NCBI GenBank assembly: GCA_902789365.1
Contig: CADANQ010000073.1
Coordinates: 1-16,695 of the forward strand
Direction: 5' to 3'
Source of the DNA: an uncultured Eubacteriales bacterium
GTDB taxonomy: Bacteria; Bacillota; Clostridia; Christensenellales; Aristaeellaceae
DNA: 16,695 nt
A program made the position numbers and the translations under genes. Position 1 is the stretch's first letter; each line of letters opens with the position of its first letter. Shown here piece after piece: positions 6,736 through 14,665 of this stretch. The notes beneath the pieces were generated by a model that was given only the letters and a program-made list of their open reading frames with translations, did not search any database and was not told where the DNA came from.

Positions 6736-7377
6736 TCATTTTCCGGACTTCGCAAGCGCCTTCCGCTCTTCCAGCATGCGGAAGGCCTTTTGAATATTGG
6801 CCGCGTCGGCATAGCTCGAAAGGGTCTCCAGCATATCGGCAATCCGGCTGTCCATGGGGGTGGGCGTGGGATCCGCGTACCGGATCTCCTCCGCCAGCTT
6901 TTTGATTTCCGGATGGTTCGTGGCAGCCGCAATGGCCGCGGCCCGGGTACGGATGGCCTTCCAGGGGCCGGTTTTATCCTCCGGAGCGGCTTCAGACCGG
7001 CGAACGGCTTCCCTCGCCGCGTCCTTCACCGTAAGGCAGATTGCCGCGGCGGCGAATACCGCCAGCTCGGCGGCAATTGCCGCCCAAACGGGGCAGAAGG
7101 AGGCAATGCCCATGATGACCGCCCCAACGATCAGCTGAACGATTACAAAGATATACCCCACCCGAAAAATGGGCCAGCCCAGCAGCTTGCTTTCAAGCGT
7201 CCGTTCCCTGCGGAAGGCGCGGAAAAAGGCGGCGGCGCACAGGCCGAACATCGCCGCGGTGCATCCCGCGCCGATCCACCATGCCGCCGTACGGTCAAAG
7301 GGAATCAGAATCATCAGAGCGATAACGAGTACCAGGGCCACGGACCAGACGATCCATGCGTGTTTGGTGAGCTTCAC
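6736..7377 (-). CDS. Small membrane protein (213 aa) with four predicted TM helices and a ~90-aa helical cytoplasmic tail.
   Basis: The GTG start at 7377 is preceded by an AAGGGGGAA RBS. It lies 4 nt after the upstream gene's TAA, indicating translational coupling. There are four hydrophobic stretches. Confidence 0.7.
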   Translation of the reverse strand: MKLTKHAWIVWSVALVLVIALMILIPFDRTAAWWIGAGCTAAMFGLCAAAFFRAFRRERTLESKLLGWPIFRVGYIFVIVQLIVGAVIMGIASFCPVWAAIAAELAVFAAAAICLTVKDAAREAVRRSEAAPEDKTGPWKAIRTRAAAIAAATNHPEIKKLAEEIRYADPTPTPMDSRIADMLETLSSYADAANIQKAFRMLEERKALAKSGK

Positions 7378-7380
7378 TTT

Positions 7381-9177
7381 TTATTCCCCCTTCTTCTTTC
7401 CGCAGTCCGGGCAGAATTTGCTGGTGATTCCCGTGCGTCCGCAGGAACAGTCCCAGGTGTCCGGTTCCGGCTTTTTCATGCCGCACTCGGGACAGAATCT
7501 GCTGGTGATGCCCGCGCGTCCGCAGCCGGGGCAGGTCCAGCCCAATTGGTGCTGAGGCCTTTTGGCCCCGCAGTCGGGGCAGAACCTGCTGGCAATGCCC
7601 TTCGCGCCGCAGGCGCAGTCCCATGTATCCGTGGGAATGGCCCCGCCGATGCCGGCGGCCGCCTGTGTAACCGGGGTGATGGCTTCCTTTGCCATGCCGA
7701 TCACGCTGCCCATGGTGCCGAGGCCCACGCCCAATTGCATCATGTCCCCGGCAAGGCCCGTTGCGCCCCCCGCGCCGCCGTTCTTCATGGCCTCCAGGCC
7801 CACCTGGCGCGCGGTTTCCTGCTGGTAGGTGTAGCCCTTCATGCGCATTTCCTGGGCCTCCGCCTCGGCCTGCATGCGGTATACGTCCGCCTGGGCCTGG
7901 CCGGAAATACGCGCGGCCTCGGCCTCGCCCTGAGCGCCGATCACCTTCATGCGGGCCGCGGTCTGGGCCTCCACTGCCTTGCGCTCGAAGGCTGCTTCGG
8001 CCTCCGCCTTGCGGATTTCCTCCTCCCGGGTGCGCAGGTACATGTCCGCGTGCTGCTGCTTGACACGGCGGAAATTGGGGTCGTCGTCGGGGGTGACGAT
8101 GTTGGCCACATAGAATTCCGGCATCTCCAGGCCGTATTCCTTCAGCTCCGGATTGATGGCTTCCCTCAGGGCCAGGCTGATGCTTTCCACATGCTCGTCC
8201 AATTCCAGCACGTTGAAGCGGTTGGCCTTGATGATCTTCGCCAGGCTGCCCTTCACCTTGGCGGCAACCATGGTGCGGAAATAGCCCGAATCCAGGCTGG
8301 CGGAAGCCGTAACGGTGACGCCGCCGGCCTGAGCGGAAACGGAGGCGCTTTCGCTGCGGAACAGGTCGTCCCGGCTGAGATTGCCGGTGGTGCCCACCAG
8401 CCTGATCAGAAGCTTGCGCGCGTCGGTCACCCGCAGGTTAAAGGATCCGGACGCGCCAAGCTCCACGTGCAGCCCGGTGGCCGGGTCAAACAAGCCCACC
8501 CGGCTGGGGGTGCCCCATTTGATGCCCATCTGGGTGGTCAGGTTGACGAAATATACCTCCGCGTGGAAGGGCTGCCCCTGCACGGGAAGGCGGTACAGCT
8601 GTTCCATTTTGGGCAGGATGCCCGTTTCCAGGGTGTATCTGCCGGGACCGAAGGAATCCAGCGCCTCGCCGTTGCGGAAAAAGACGGCCTCCTGGCTTTC
8701 GTGAACGATCAGCTGGCTGCCCGTCACGAAGTCCGTCAGGGGATGTTTCCACACAAAGGTGCTGTTGTCCCCCTCAAAGCTGATGACCGACGGAATGCCG
8801 GCATCCCGCATTTCGGCCTTTTTGATCTCCTGCTGCACGTCGCATTCAGCGTCGCACATGGGGCAGGCAATGGTATCCGCCGCCTTGTCCGCCTGCAGGC
8901 GGCACCCGCAGGTGGGGCAGCGGAAATGCACCAGGTTGATATAGGTCTCATCCGATATCAGGTTAGCCTTGCATACGGGGCATTTGGCGTTTCTCCCCTC
9001 CGCCTGGTCATACACCACATGGTTGCCGCAGGACGGACAGTCCATGGCCGCCATCCGGTCGGTTTTGACGTTGATGATGTTGCCGCAGGAGCAGCGGATA
9101 TGCTTGCTGGCGAAAAAACCCGTGCTTGCCTGGGCGTAGTTGTGGCAGGCCGGGCACGCGATGATAAACTTGCTCAT
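7381..9177 (-). CDS. SPFH/band-7 domain protein (Band_7_1/YdjI-like, COG4260-type) flanked by three N-terminal and three C-terminal zinc ribbons.
   Basis: A GGAGGGA RBS lies 6 nt before the ATG. Six CxxC pairs occur in the first 115 aa. The core FVWKHPLTDFVTGSQLIVHESQEAVFFRNGEALDSFGPGRYTLETG...PFHAEVYFVN is typical of PF13421-type SPFH domains. There is an Ala/Glu-rich coiled coil and a Gly-rich linker. The C-terminus carries three copies of W(D/T)CxCG...FCP(D/E)CG. Confidence 0.85.
   Translation of the reverse strand: MSKFIIACPACHNYAQASTGFFASKHIRCSCGNIINVKTDRMAAMDCPSCGNHVVYDQAEGRNAKCPVCKANLISDETYINLVHFRCPTCGCRLQADKAADTIACPMCDAECDVQQEIKKAEMRDAGIPSVISFEGDNSTFVWKHPLTDFVTGSQLIVHESQEAVFFRNGEALDSFGPGRYTLETGILPKMEQLYRLPVQGQPFHAEVYFVNLTTQMGIKWGTPSRVGLFDPATGLHVELGASGSFNLRVTDARKLLIRLVGTTGNLSRDDLFRSESASVSAQAGGVTVTASASLDSGYFRTMVAAKVKGSLAKIIKANRFNVLELDEHVESISLALREAINPELKEYGLEMPEFYVANIVTPDDDPNFRRVKQQHADMYLRTREEEIRKAEAEAAFERKAVEAQTAARMKVIGAQGEAEAARISGQAQADVYRMQAEAEAQEMRMKGYTYQQETARQVGLEAMKNGGAGGATGLAGDMMQLGVGLGTMGSVIGMAKEAITPVTQAAAGIGGAIPTDTWDCACGAKGIASRFCPDCGAKRPQHQLGWTCPGCGRAGITSRFCPECGMKKPEPDTWDCSCGRTGITSKFCPDCGKKKGE
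7390..7625 (-). repeat. Approximately 78-bp tandem repeat, three copies (~75% identical), encoding the C-terminal zinc-ribbon triplet.
   Basis: The unit ccgcagtccgggcagaatttgctggtgattcccgtgcgtccgcagg recurs three times with substitutions. Confidence 0.7.
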
Positions 9178-9287
9178 GATGCTTCCCTCCGTGGATCGAA
9201 TTTTCAGGCAGGCGGTCTTTAAGGTTGATTAAGCCGTGTCCCGAACGGGGCGTACGGAACAAGCCGGCATGTGTCATACTGATATCT

Positions 9288-9316
9288 ATTTTATCCTATG
9301 AAAGGGTTGTTTTCAA
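9288..9316 (-). promoter_or_regulatory. Putative sigma-A promoter TTGAAA-N17-TAAAAT for the SPFH-TM-TIR operon.
   Basis: The -35 is the RC of 9311-9316 and the -10 is the RC of 9288-9293. This leaves a ~110-nt leader before the ATG at 9177. Confidence 0.45.
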
Positions 9317-9564
9317 TGATTTCCAAACATTTTATGTCGAAACGGCGGGCGGCAGCCCGTTGTATCTTCTCATTTGACGGCCCGGAGCGACCGATAAACA
9401 GGCTGTTGACTGTTTTCGGCACAAGGTGTGCGGCAGCCCGAGGCGCTTTATCCGTACGGGGTCTGAGGCTCCGGAAAATAAGTCCGGCGGGCTGTTGGGA
9501 GGCGGCGGATATCACCTTTTCCGGGCACCCGCATCCCGCGGCATATCCCCGTCCCGGAATCCCG

Positions 9565-9593
9565 TTGCCCCGCGCGTCAAACCGTGGTAAAAT
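9565..9593 (+). promoter_or_regulatory. Putative fbp promoter TTGCCC-N17-TGgTAAAAT with an extended -10.
   Basis: The -35 is at 9565-9570 and the TG-extended -10 at 9585-9593. A leader hairpin ccgccg-tgatc-cggcgg sits at about 9608-9624. Confidence 0.35.
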
Positions 9594-9669
9594 GGTTACA
9601 GAAGACCAACCGCCGTGATCCGGCGGATAACAGTATAACGCTGACCATACGCGAACAGGAGGAAACAAG

Positions 9670-11586
9670 GTGGACGGGAAAATTTCAGCGGCGGACCTCA
9701 AATATCTGCGTCTCCTGGGGGAGCAGTACCCCACCATTGAAGCGCTGTGTGCGGAAATCACCCGCATCAGCGCCAAACTGAGCCTTCCAAAGGGCACCGA
9801 GCATTTCATGAGCGACATCCACGGTGAATATGAAGCTTTCTGCCACATCATGAACAACTGCTCCGGCGTGGTCCGGGAAAAAGTGAACCTTTGGCTCGGT
9901 GACCTGTCCGTCCGTGAGGCGGATGAACTGTGCACGCTGATCTATTATCCCGCAGCCATCCTCAAGCAGCGTCACCAGAAGGGCGAGATCCTCCCGGAAT
10001 GGTACAAACGTCAGACGGAACACCTGATCCGCCTTTGCAGGCTGCTTTCATCCAAATATTCCCGGGAAAAGGTCCGCCGCTTCATGCCGGACGGCCTTGC
10101 TTTTCTGCTGGACGAGCTGATGCACTACCAGAACGACGAAACCAACGAGGAAAGCGAGCAGGAAGGCAACCGCCGCCGCTATCACGACGCCATCATCGAC
10201 ACCCTGATTTCCACCCGCTCCATCGACAGCCTGATCGAAGCGCTGACGGAGATGATCAAAAAGCTTTCGGTGGACCGGCTTCATGTGGTGGGCGATATTT
10301 ATGACCGCGGTCCCCGTGCCGACAGCATCATGGATATCCTGATGACCCATCATTCCGTGGACATCGAATGGGGCAACCACGACATTCTCTGGATGGGCGC
10401 GGCGTCAGGAAGCGAGTGCTGCATCGCGGGTGTCCTGCGCAACTCCATTTCCTACGGCAACATGGAGATTCTGGAGCGCGGATACGGCATCCCCCTGAGA
10501 GAACTGACCCTTTACGCCGAAAAGCGCTACCCCGACCTGAAGCCGGATCAGGCCATGGTGCAGGCGGTCAACGTGATGATGTTCAAGCTGGAAGGACAGC
10601 TGATCAAAAGGAACCCGGAATTTGAAATGGAGGACCGCCTGCTGCTGGACAAAATCGACCCGGAGCGGCGGACGGCGGAAATCGACGGGGAGGTCTGGCC
10701 GATTAAGCCCGTTCCCCTGCCAACCGTCGATTTCAGCGATCCTTACGCCCTGACGAACGAGGAATCCCAGGTCATGGCCGGGCTGAAGCGGGCCTTCACC
10801 CACAGCCTGCGGCTGCGCGAGCACATCGCTTTCCTTTACCGGCGGGGATGGATGTACCGGGCCTTCAACGGCAACCTGCTGTTCCACGGCTGCGTTCCGC
10901 TGAACGCGGACGGAACGTTCCTCAAAAAAAAGCTGGACGGAAAGGAACTGAGCGGCAAGGCCCTGATGGATTACGCGGACCGCGTCGCCCGCCGTGCCTT
11001 TTACAACGGGGACCGGGCGGCGCTGGATTTCATGTGGTACCTGTGGTGCGGCACGGATTCGCCGGTATGCGGACGCCGGGTCAAGACCTTCGCCAGGGCT
11101 TTTATTCCCGACGAACGCGCGTGGCAGGAGCCCCGCAATCCTTATTACGAATGGTATAATTCCGAAAGCAAATGCCGGGAAATCCTGGCGGAATTCGGCC
11201 TGACAGAGGAGACGTCCTGCATTGTCAACGGCCATACGCCCATCCGGGTGACTCACGGGGAAAGCCCCCTGAAGGCCGGCGGCAAGCTGGTGGTAATCGA
11301 CGGCGGTTTCTGCCGGGCTTACCAGAAAACCACCGGTATTGCCGGGTACACCCTGATATCCAACAGCCACGGGATGCGGCTGATGTCCCACCAGCCCTTC
11401 ACATCCCTGAGGGACGCCCGGGAAACCGGGCGCGATATCCATTCCCAGTCCTTCGAATTCAAGACCTTCGCCCAAAGGAAATACGTCGCCGACACCGACC
11501 AGGGCCGGGCGCTGACGGAGCGCATGCGCGACCTGATGCGGCTGCTTGAGGCCTGCCGGAGCGGCGTAATCAACCTTCAGAGATGA
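9670..11586 (+). CDS. fbp: Fructose-1,6-bisphosphatase class III (Bacillus Fbp type).
   Basis: The GTG start at 9670 follows an AGGAGGA RBS 8 nt upstream. The 638-aa product is collinear with B. subtilis Fbp: PKGTEHFMSDIHGEYEAF, HVVGDIYDRGP, WGNHDILWMGA, GHTPI, VIDGGF, GIAGYTL. Confidence 0.95.
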   Translation: MDGKISAADLKYLRLLGEQYPTIEALCAEITRISAKLSLPKGTEHFMSDIHGEYEAFCHIMNNCSGVVREKVNLWLGDLSVREADELCTLIYYPAAILKQRHQKGEILPEWYKRQTEHLIRLCRLLSSKYSREKVRRFMPDGLAFLLDELMHYQNDETNEESEQEGNRRRYHDAIIDTLISTRSIDSLIEALTEMIKKLSVDRLHVVGDIYDRGPRADSIMDILMTHHSVDIEWGNHDILWMGAASGSECCIAGVLRNSISYGNMEILERGYGIPLRELTLYAEKRYPDLKPDQAMVQAVNVMMFKLEGQLIKRNPEFEMEDRLLLDKIDPERRTAEIDGEVWPIKPVPLPTVDFSDPYALTNEESQVMAGLKRAFTHSLRLREHIAFLYRRGWMYRAFNGNLLFHGCVPLNADGTFLKKKLDGKELSGKALMDYADRVARRAFYNGDRAALDFMWYLWCGTDSPVCGRRVKTFARAFIPDERAWQEPRNPYYEWYNSESKCREILAEFGLTEETSCIVNGHTPIRVTHGESPLKAGGKLVVIDGGFCRAYQKTTGIAGYTLISNSHGMRLMSHQPFTSLRDARETGRDIHSQSFEFKTFAQRKYVADTDQGRALTERMRDLMRLLEACRSGVINLQR

Positions 11587-11616
11587 AAAAAAGAAGCGGG
11601 ACCTCCGCGGCCCCGC
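11586..11616 (-). terminator. Intrinsic terminator for the minus-strand ADP-ribosylglycohydrolase gene. It also gives weak bidirectional coverage of fbp.
   Basis: The hairpin gcgggacc-tccgc-ggccccgc at 11596-11616 is followed on the minus strand by UUCUUUUUUU. On the plus strand only CCUUUCC follows it. Confidence 0.5.
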
Positions 11617-11677
11617 CCTTTCCCCGGCACATTTCCCTTGCCGGTGTCCTGACAATACAGCGCATCAAATCCAAAAC

Positions 11678-11761
11678 TTCACTCTTCACTCTCCACTCTT
11701 CACTCTCCGCTCTCAACTCTCCACTCTTCACTCTCCACTCTCCGCTCTCAACTCTCAACTC
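11678..11761. repeat. Heptanucleotide microsatellite with 12 tandem units of TYCRCTC (ttcactc, tccactc, tccgctc, tcaactc). A 6-unit higher-order repeat is also present.
   Basis: Read directly from the sequence. It overlaps the last four codons and the 3' UTR of the ADP-ribosylglycohydrolase gene. Confidence 0.85.
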
Positions 11762-12545
11762 TTTTCTTAAGCCTTTCCGCAACGGCGCGCATGTCCTCCG
11801 GCAGCCGGGCACGGCATTCGGCCTCCAGTTCTTTCGGCACCCCGTAAAAGGCCTCGGCCATGGAGCCCGCGATGCAGGTCAGGGTGTCGCAGTCGCCGCC
11901 GAGGGACACGGCGGTGCGGATCACATCCTCGAAGTCCGTCCCCTCAAGGAAAGCGGTGATCGCCTCGGGCACGGTCTTTTGGCATGTCTCTACGTGGTGA
12001 TAGGTCGGGCGGATCTGGTCGCAGGTACGGCTCAGGTCATAACCGAAAGCCGCGGTGATATATTCCCGAATCCGCTCCTTTGACGCGCCTGTCCGGGCCA
12101 GGAAGACGGCGGCAGCCGTCGCCTGAGCGCCTTTGATGCCCTCGGGATGGTTGTGGGTCACCTCGGCGGTCAGTTTCGCCGCGTGCAGGGTTTCTTCCAG
12201 GGTATCGTACAGCCATCCGGCGGAGCTGACGCGCATGGCCGAGCCGTTACCGAAGCTCCCGTACGGGGCGGGGTTGCCGCTCATCAGCCATCTGTAAAAC
12301 ATTCCGCCGTACCCGGCGTCGGGATAGCGTCGTCCCCATTTGCGCATGGATTTGATCAGGGCGGCGCGAATTTCGTCGTCGGTCCCGCCCATGCTGTCCA
12401 TCAGCGCTTCCGCCACGGCCACCGACATCACCGAATCGTCGGTAAACACGCTCCGCTTGCCGAAAAGCGGAAAATCCCTGGTTTTATTGCCCATGTCAAA
12501 TTCATAGGGCGCGCCGATCATGTCTCCAAGCAAAGCTCCGTACAT
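11748..12545 (-). CDS. ADP-ribosylglycohydrolase family protein (DraG/ARH-like).
   Basis: An AGGAGG RBS lies 8 nt before the ATG. Family motifs are present: GALLGDMIGAPYEF, GNGSAMRVSSAGW, and LGGDCDTLTCIAGSMAEAFYG (the Mg-binding Asp/Thr cluster). Confidence 0.85.
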   Translation of the reverse strand: MYGALLGDMIGAPYEFDMGNKTRDFPLFGKRSVFTDDSVMSVAVAEALMDSMGGTDDEIRAALIKSMRKWGRRYPDAGYGGMFYRWLMSGNPAPYGSFGNGSAMRVSSAGWLYDTLEETLHAAKLTAEVTHNHPEGIKGAQATAAAVFLARTGASKERIREYITAAFGYDLSRTCDQIRPTYHHVETCQKTVPEAITAFLEGTDFEDVIRTAVSLGGDCDTLTCIAGSMAEAFYGVPKELEAECRARLPEDMRAVAERLKKRVES

Positions 12546-12728
12546 ACTTCAAACCTCCTGTCTTTTGTTCAGCGGCATGATATCACATTATCCCGATCCG
12601 TTGGTCGTCCGCCGGGCGACATTTACGCGGGCGTTCCCCGGTCTGTGCTTTCTATTCCGGCCTGCCGCTTTCTCGCCGCGCTTCCGGGGCATTTGCCGGT
12701 ATCCATCACGCCGCAAGGGGTTAAAAAA

Positions 12729-13550
12729 ATGGTTATACGAATTTCCGACGACTTTGACCTTGAGAAAATCGAAACCAGCGGCCAGTGCTTCCGATGGACG
12801 CGAACGGAAGCGGACACCTGGCGCGTCCTCAGCGGGGAATCCTGCCTGTATATCTCATCCCTGGGGAACGGCGATTATGCCCTCGACTGCGGCGAGGACG
12901 AATTCGACAGCCGATGGAAGGACTATTTTGACCTGCGGGAAAGCTACGCCTCCATCCGCGCGCGAATCGATCCCGCAAAGGACCCCTTCCTCCACGCCGC
13001 GGCGGAGCATGGCAGAGGCATCCGCATCCTGCGTCAGGACCCTTGGGAAACGCTGGTATCCTTCATCATATCCCAGAACCGCAATATCCCGGCCATCCGG
13101 CGCTCGGTGGAAAAGCTGTGCACCCTGTGCGGCGAAAAAAAGACCGATTCCCGGGGCATCGAATACCATGCGTTTCCCTCCCCCGTTTCCGTCGCCGCTC
13201 TTACATTGGAGGACCTTTCCCCCTGCAGGCTCGGCTACCGTGACAGATACGTCCTGCGGGCGGCGAAGGACGCGGCGGCGGGTTTATTGGACCTTGAAGC
13301 AATGCGGGACATGCCCTGCGCCGACGCCGTAAAGGAGCTTGAAAAACTGTACGGGGTCGGTAACAAGGTTGCCTGCTGCGCCGCGCTTTTCGGCCTGCAC
13401 CGTCTGGACGCCTTTCCCCGGGACGTGTGGATCAACCGCGCCCTGAAGGACGAATACCCGGATGGCTGGCCCTATGAAAAATACAGCCCTTACAACGGGG
13501 TGTACCAGCAGTATATATTCGCGTATTACCGCGCGTTGAAAGGCAGATGA
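12729..13550 (+). CDS. ogg: 8-oxoguanine DNA glycosylase / AP lyase (Ogg, HhH-GPD superfamily).
   Basis: The internal ATG at 12729 has an AAGGGG RBS. The N-terminal DFDLEKIETSGQCFRW motif and the HhH-GPD motif LYGVGNKVACCAALFGLHRLDAFPRDVW are both present. The longer track ORF has a junk-like N-terminus. Confidence 0.8.
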   Translation: MVIRISDDFDLEKIETSGQCFRWTRTEADTWRVLSGESCLYISSLGNGDYALDCGEDEFDSRWKDYFDLRESYASIRARIDPAKDPFLHAAAEHGRGIRILRQDPWETLVSFIISQNRNIPAIRRSVEKLCTLCGEKKTDSRGIEYHAFPSPVSVAALTLEDLSPCRLGYRDRYVLRAAKDAAAGLLDLEAMRDMPCADAVKELEKLYGVGNKVACCAALFGLHRLDAFPRDVWINRALKDEYPDGWPYEKYSPYNGVYQQYIFAYYRALKGR

Positions 13551-13598
13551 GCTTCCGCGCTCGGACATTCGCAAATACGTCATAAAGGAGATCGATCC

Positions 13599-14171
13599 AT
13601 GGATAATATCGTTGAAGCCGCCAGGGAATATATCGCCGGACTGTTCCGCGGGAATGCCGGAGGGCACGACGCAGCCCACACCCTGCGGGTATACCACAGC
13701 GCGATTCTGATCGCGGAAAAGGAAAAATCCGGCGATCCCGAAACCGTCGCCCTCGCGGCCCTTCTCCACGACGCCGACGACCATAAGCTGTTCCATACGG
13801 AAAACAACCGAAACGCCCGGTCCTTCCTGGCATCCCACGGCGTGGACGCCGAAAAAACCGAGCGCATCATCGCGGCCGTGAACTCCGTGTCCTTCAGCCG
13901 GAACCGCGGAAAGAGGCCTTACACCATTGAGGGAAAAATTGTGCAGGACGCGGACCGCCTGGACGCCATCGGCGCCGTTGGCATCGCGCGTACCTTCGCC
14001 TACGGCGGGGAGCACGGCCGCGGCCCGGACGATTCCATCGCCCATTTCCATGAAAAGCTGCTTCTTTTGAAGGACGAAATGAACACGGACACCGCGAAGG
14101 CCATGGCCGAGGAACGGCACGCCTTCATGCTTGCCTTCCTGAAGGAGTACGCCCGGGAAACAGGCGGATAA
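13599..14171 (+). CDS. HD-domain phosphohydrolase.
   Basis: An AAGGAG RBS lies 9 nt before the ATG. HD motifs are present: GHDAAHTLRV...LLHDADD...QDADRLDAIG. It lies 48 nt after ogg and is probably co-transcribed with it. Confidence 0.85.
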   Translation: MDNIVEAAREYIAGLFRGNAGGHDAAHTLRVYHSAILIAEKEKSGDPETVALAALLHDADDHKLFHTENNRNARSFLASHGVDAEKTERIIAAVNSVSFSRNRGKRPYTIEGKIVQDADRLDAIGAVGIARTFAYGGEHGRGPDDSIAHFHEKLLLLKDEMNTDTAKAMAEERHAFMLAFLKEYARETGG

Positions 14172-14212
14172 GGGCGGCGCGTTATCCGTATATCGGCCGT
14201 TTCCCGAACACA

Positions 14213-14596
14213 TCAAAGAATATATTCCGCAATCATCCTGGAAAGCTTGCCGAAATCCGTGTTCCCGATGACCCTGAACGTGACTTCCGCCCCGTTGCAA
14301 AATGACAGCGTCAATTCGGAATCGGACGCATCGCCGATCGATCCCGTGGTCTGGATAGAAAAGAAATTCACTTTGCCGTAGGGCAGGGTTGCATACGATT
14401 TCCTTTTTCCCGAAAGTCCCTGCGTGTCGGCGGCAATGATCCTCTTGTTGGTAAATATCACCTGTTCCCGGGGGTTACGGAACGCCGCGGCGCATTCCTC
14501 CCCCGTCACCAGCAGGGCAAATACATCTTTATCAACTGACTGAAGATCGGTCGGATTCAGGGTGCAGATTCCGCCCGCGCTGAAACTGATGGCCAT
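14213..14596 (-). CDS. Bacterial PH-domain protein (bPH/YokE-like).
   Basis: The core VIFTNKRIIAADTQGLSGKRKSYATLPYGKVNFFSIQT is typical of bacterial pleckstrin-homology domains. It lies downstream of, and on the same strand as, the LRR gene. Confidence 0.65.
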   Translation of the reverse strand: MAISFSAGGICTLNPTDLQSVDKDVFALLVTGEECAAAFRNPREQVIFTNKRIIAADTQGLSGKRKSYATLPYGKVNFFSIQTTGSIGDASDSELTLSFCNGAEVTFRVIGNTDFGKLSRMIAEYIL

Positions 14597-14665
14597 GGGT
14601 CAAATTTCCTTTCTTACAATTTTTTTCGTTCTCACGCCGTATTTCCGCCCCTGATATCCTGCGGT

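Noticed and set aside
5037-6905. 622-aa plus-strand ORF, with similar long ORFs at 6640..9222 (860 aa), 10405..11655 (416 aa), 13284..14300 (338 aa), 685..1479 (264 aa), 2016..2651 and 109..636.
   Set aside because: All lie antisense to genes with recognisable domains. They are R/P/G/A-rich with no RBS, the typical open-frame artefact of ~60% GC coding DNA.
11748-12545. Functional link between the ADP-ribosylglycohydrolase and the TIR operon (TIR products are ADP-ribose derivatives).
   Set aside because: The two are separated by the housekeeping fbp gene. The ARH gene is convergent with fbp and has its own RBS and promoter region, with no sign of co-transcription. The link is tempting but not supported by gene arrangement.
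14165-14188. The hairpin cggataa-N10-ttatccg between the convergent HD and PH genes, considered as a terminator.
   Set aside because: A 7-bp stem is present but no U-tract follows on either strand. I leave it as a possible weak or factor-dependent terminator only.
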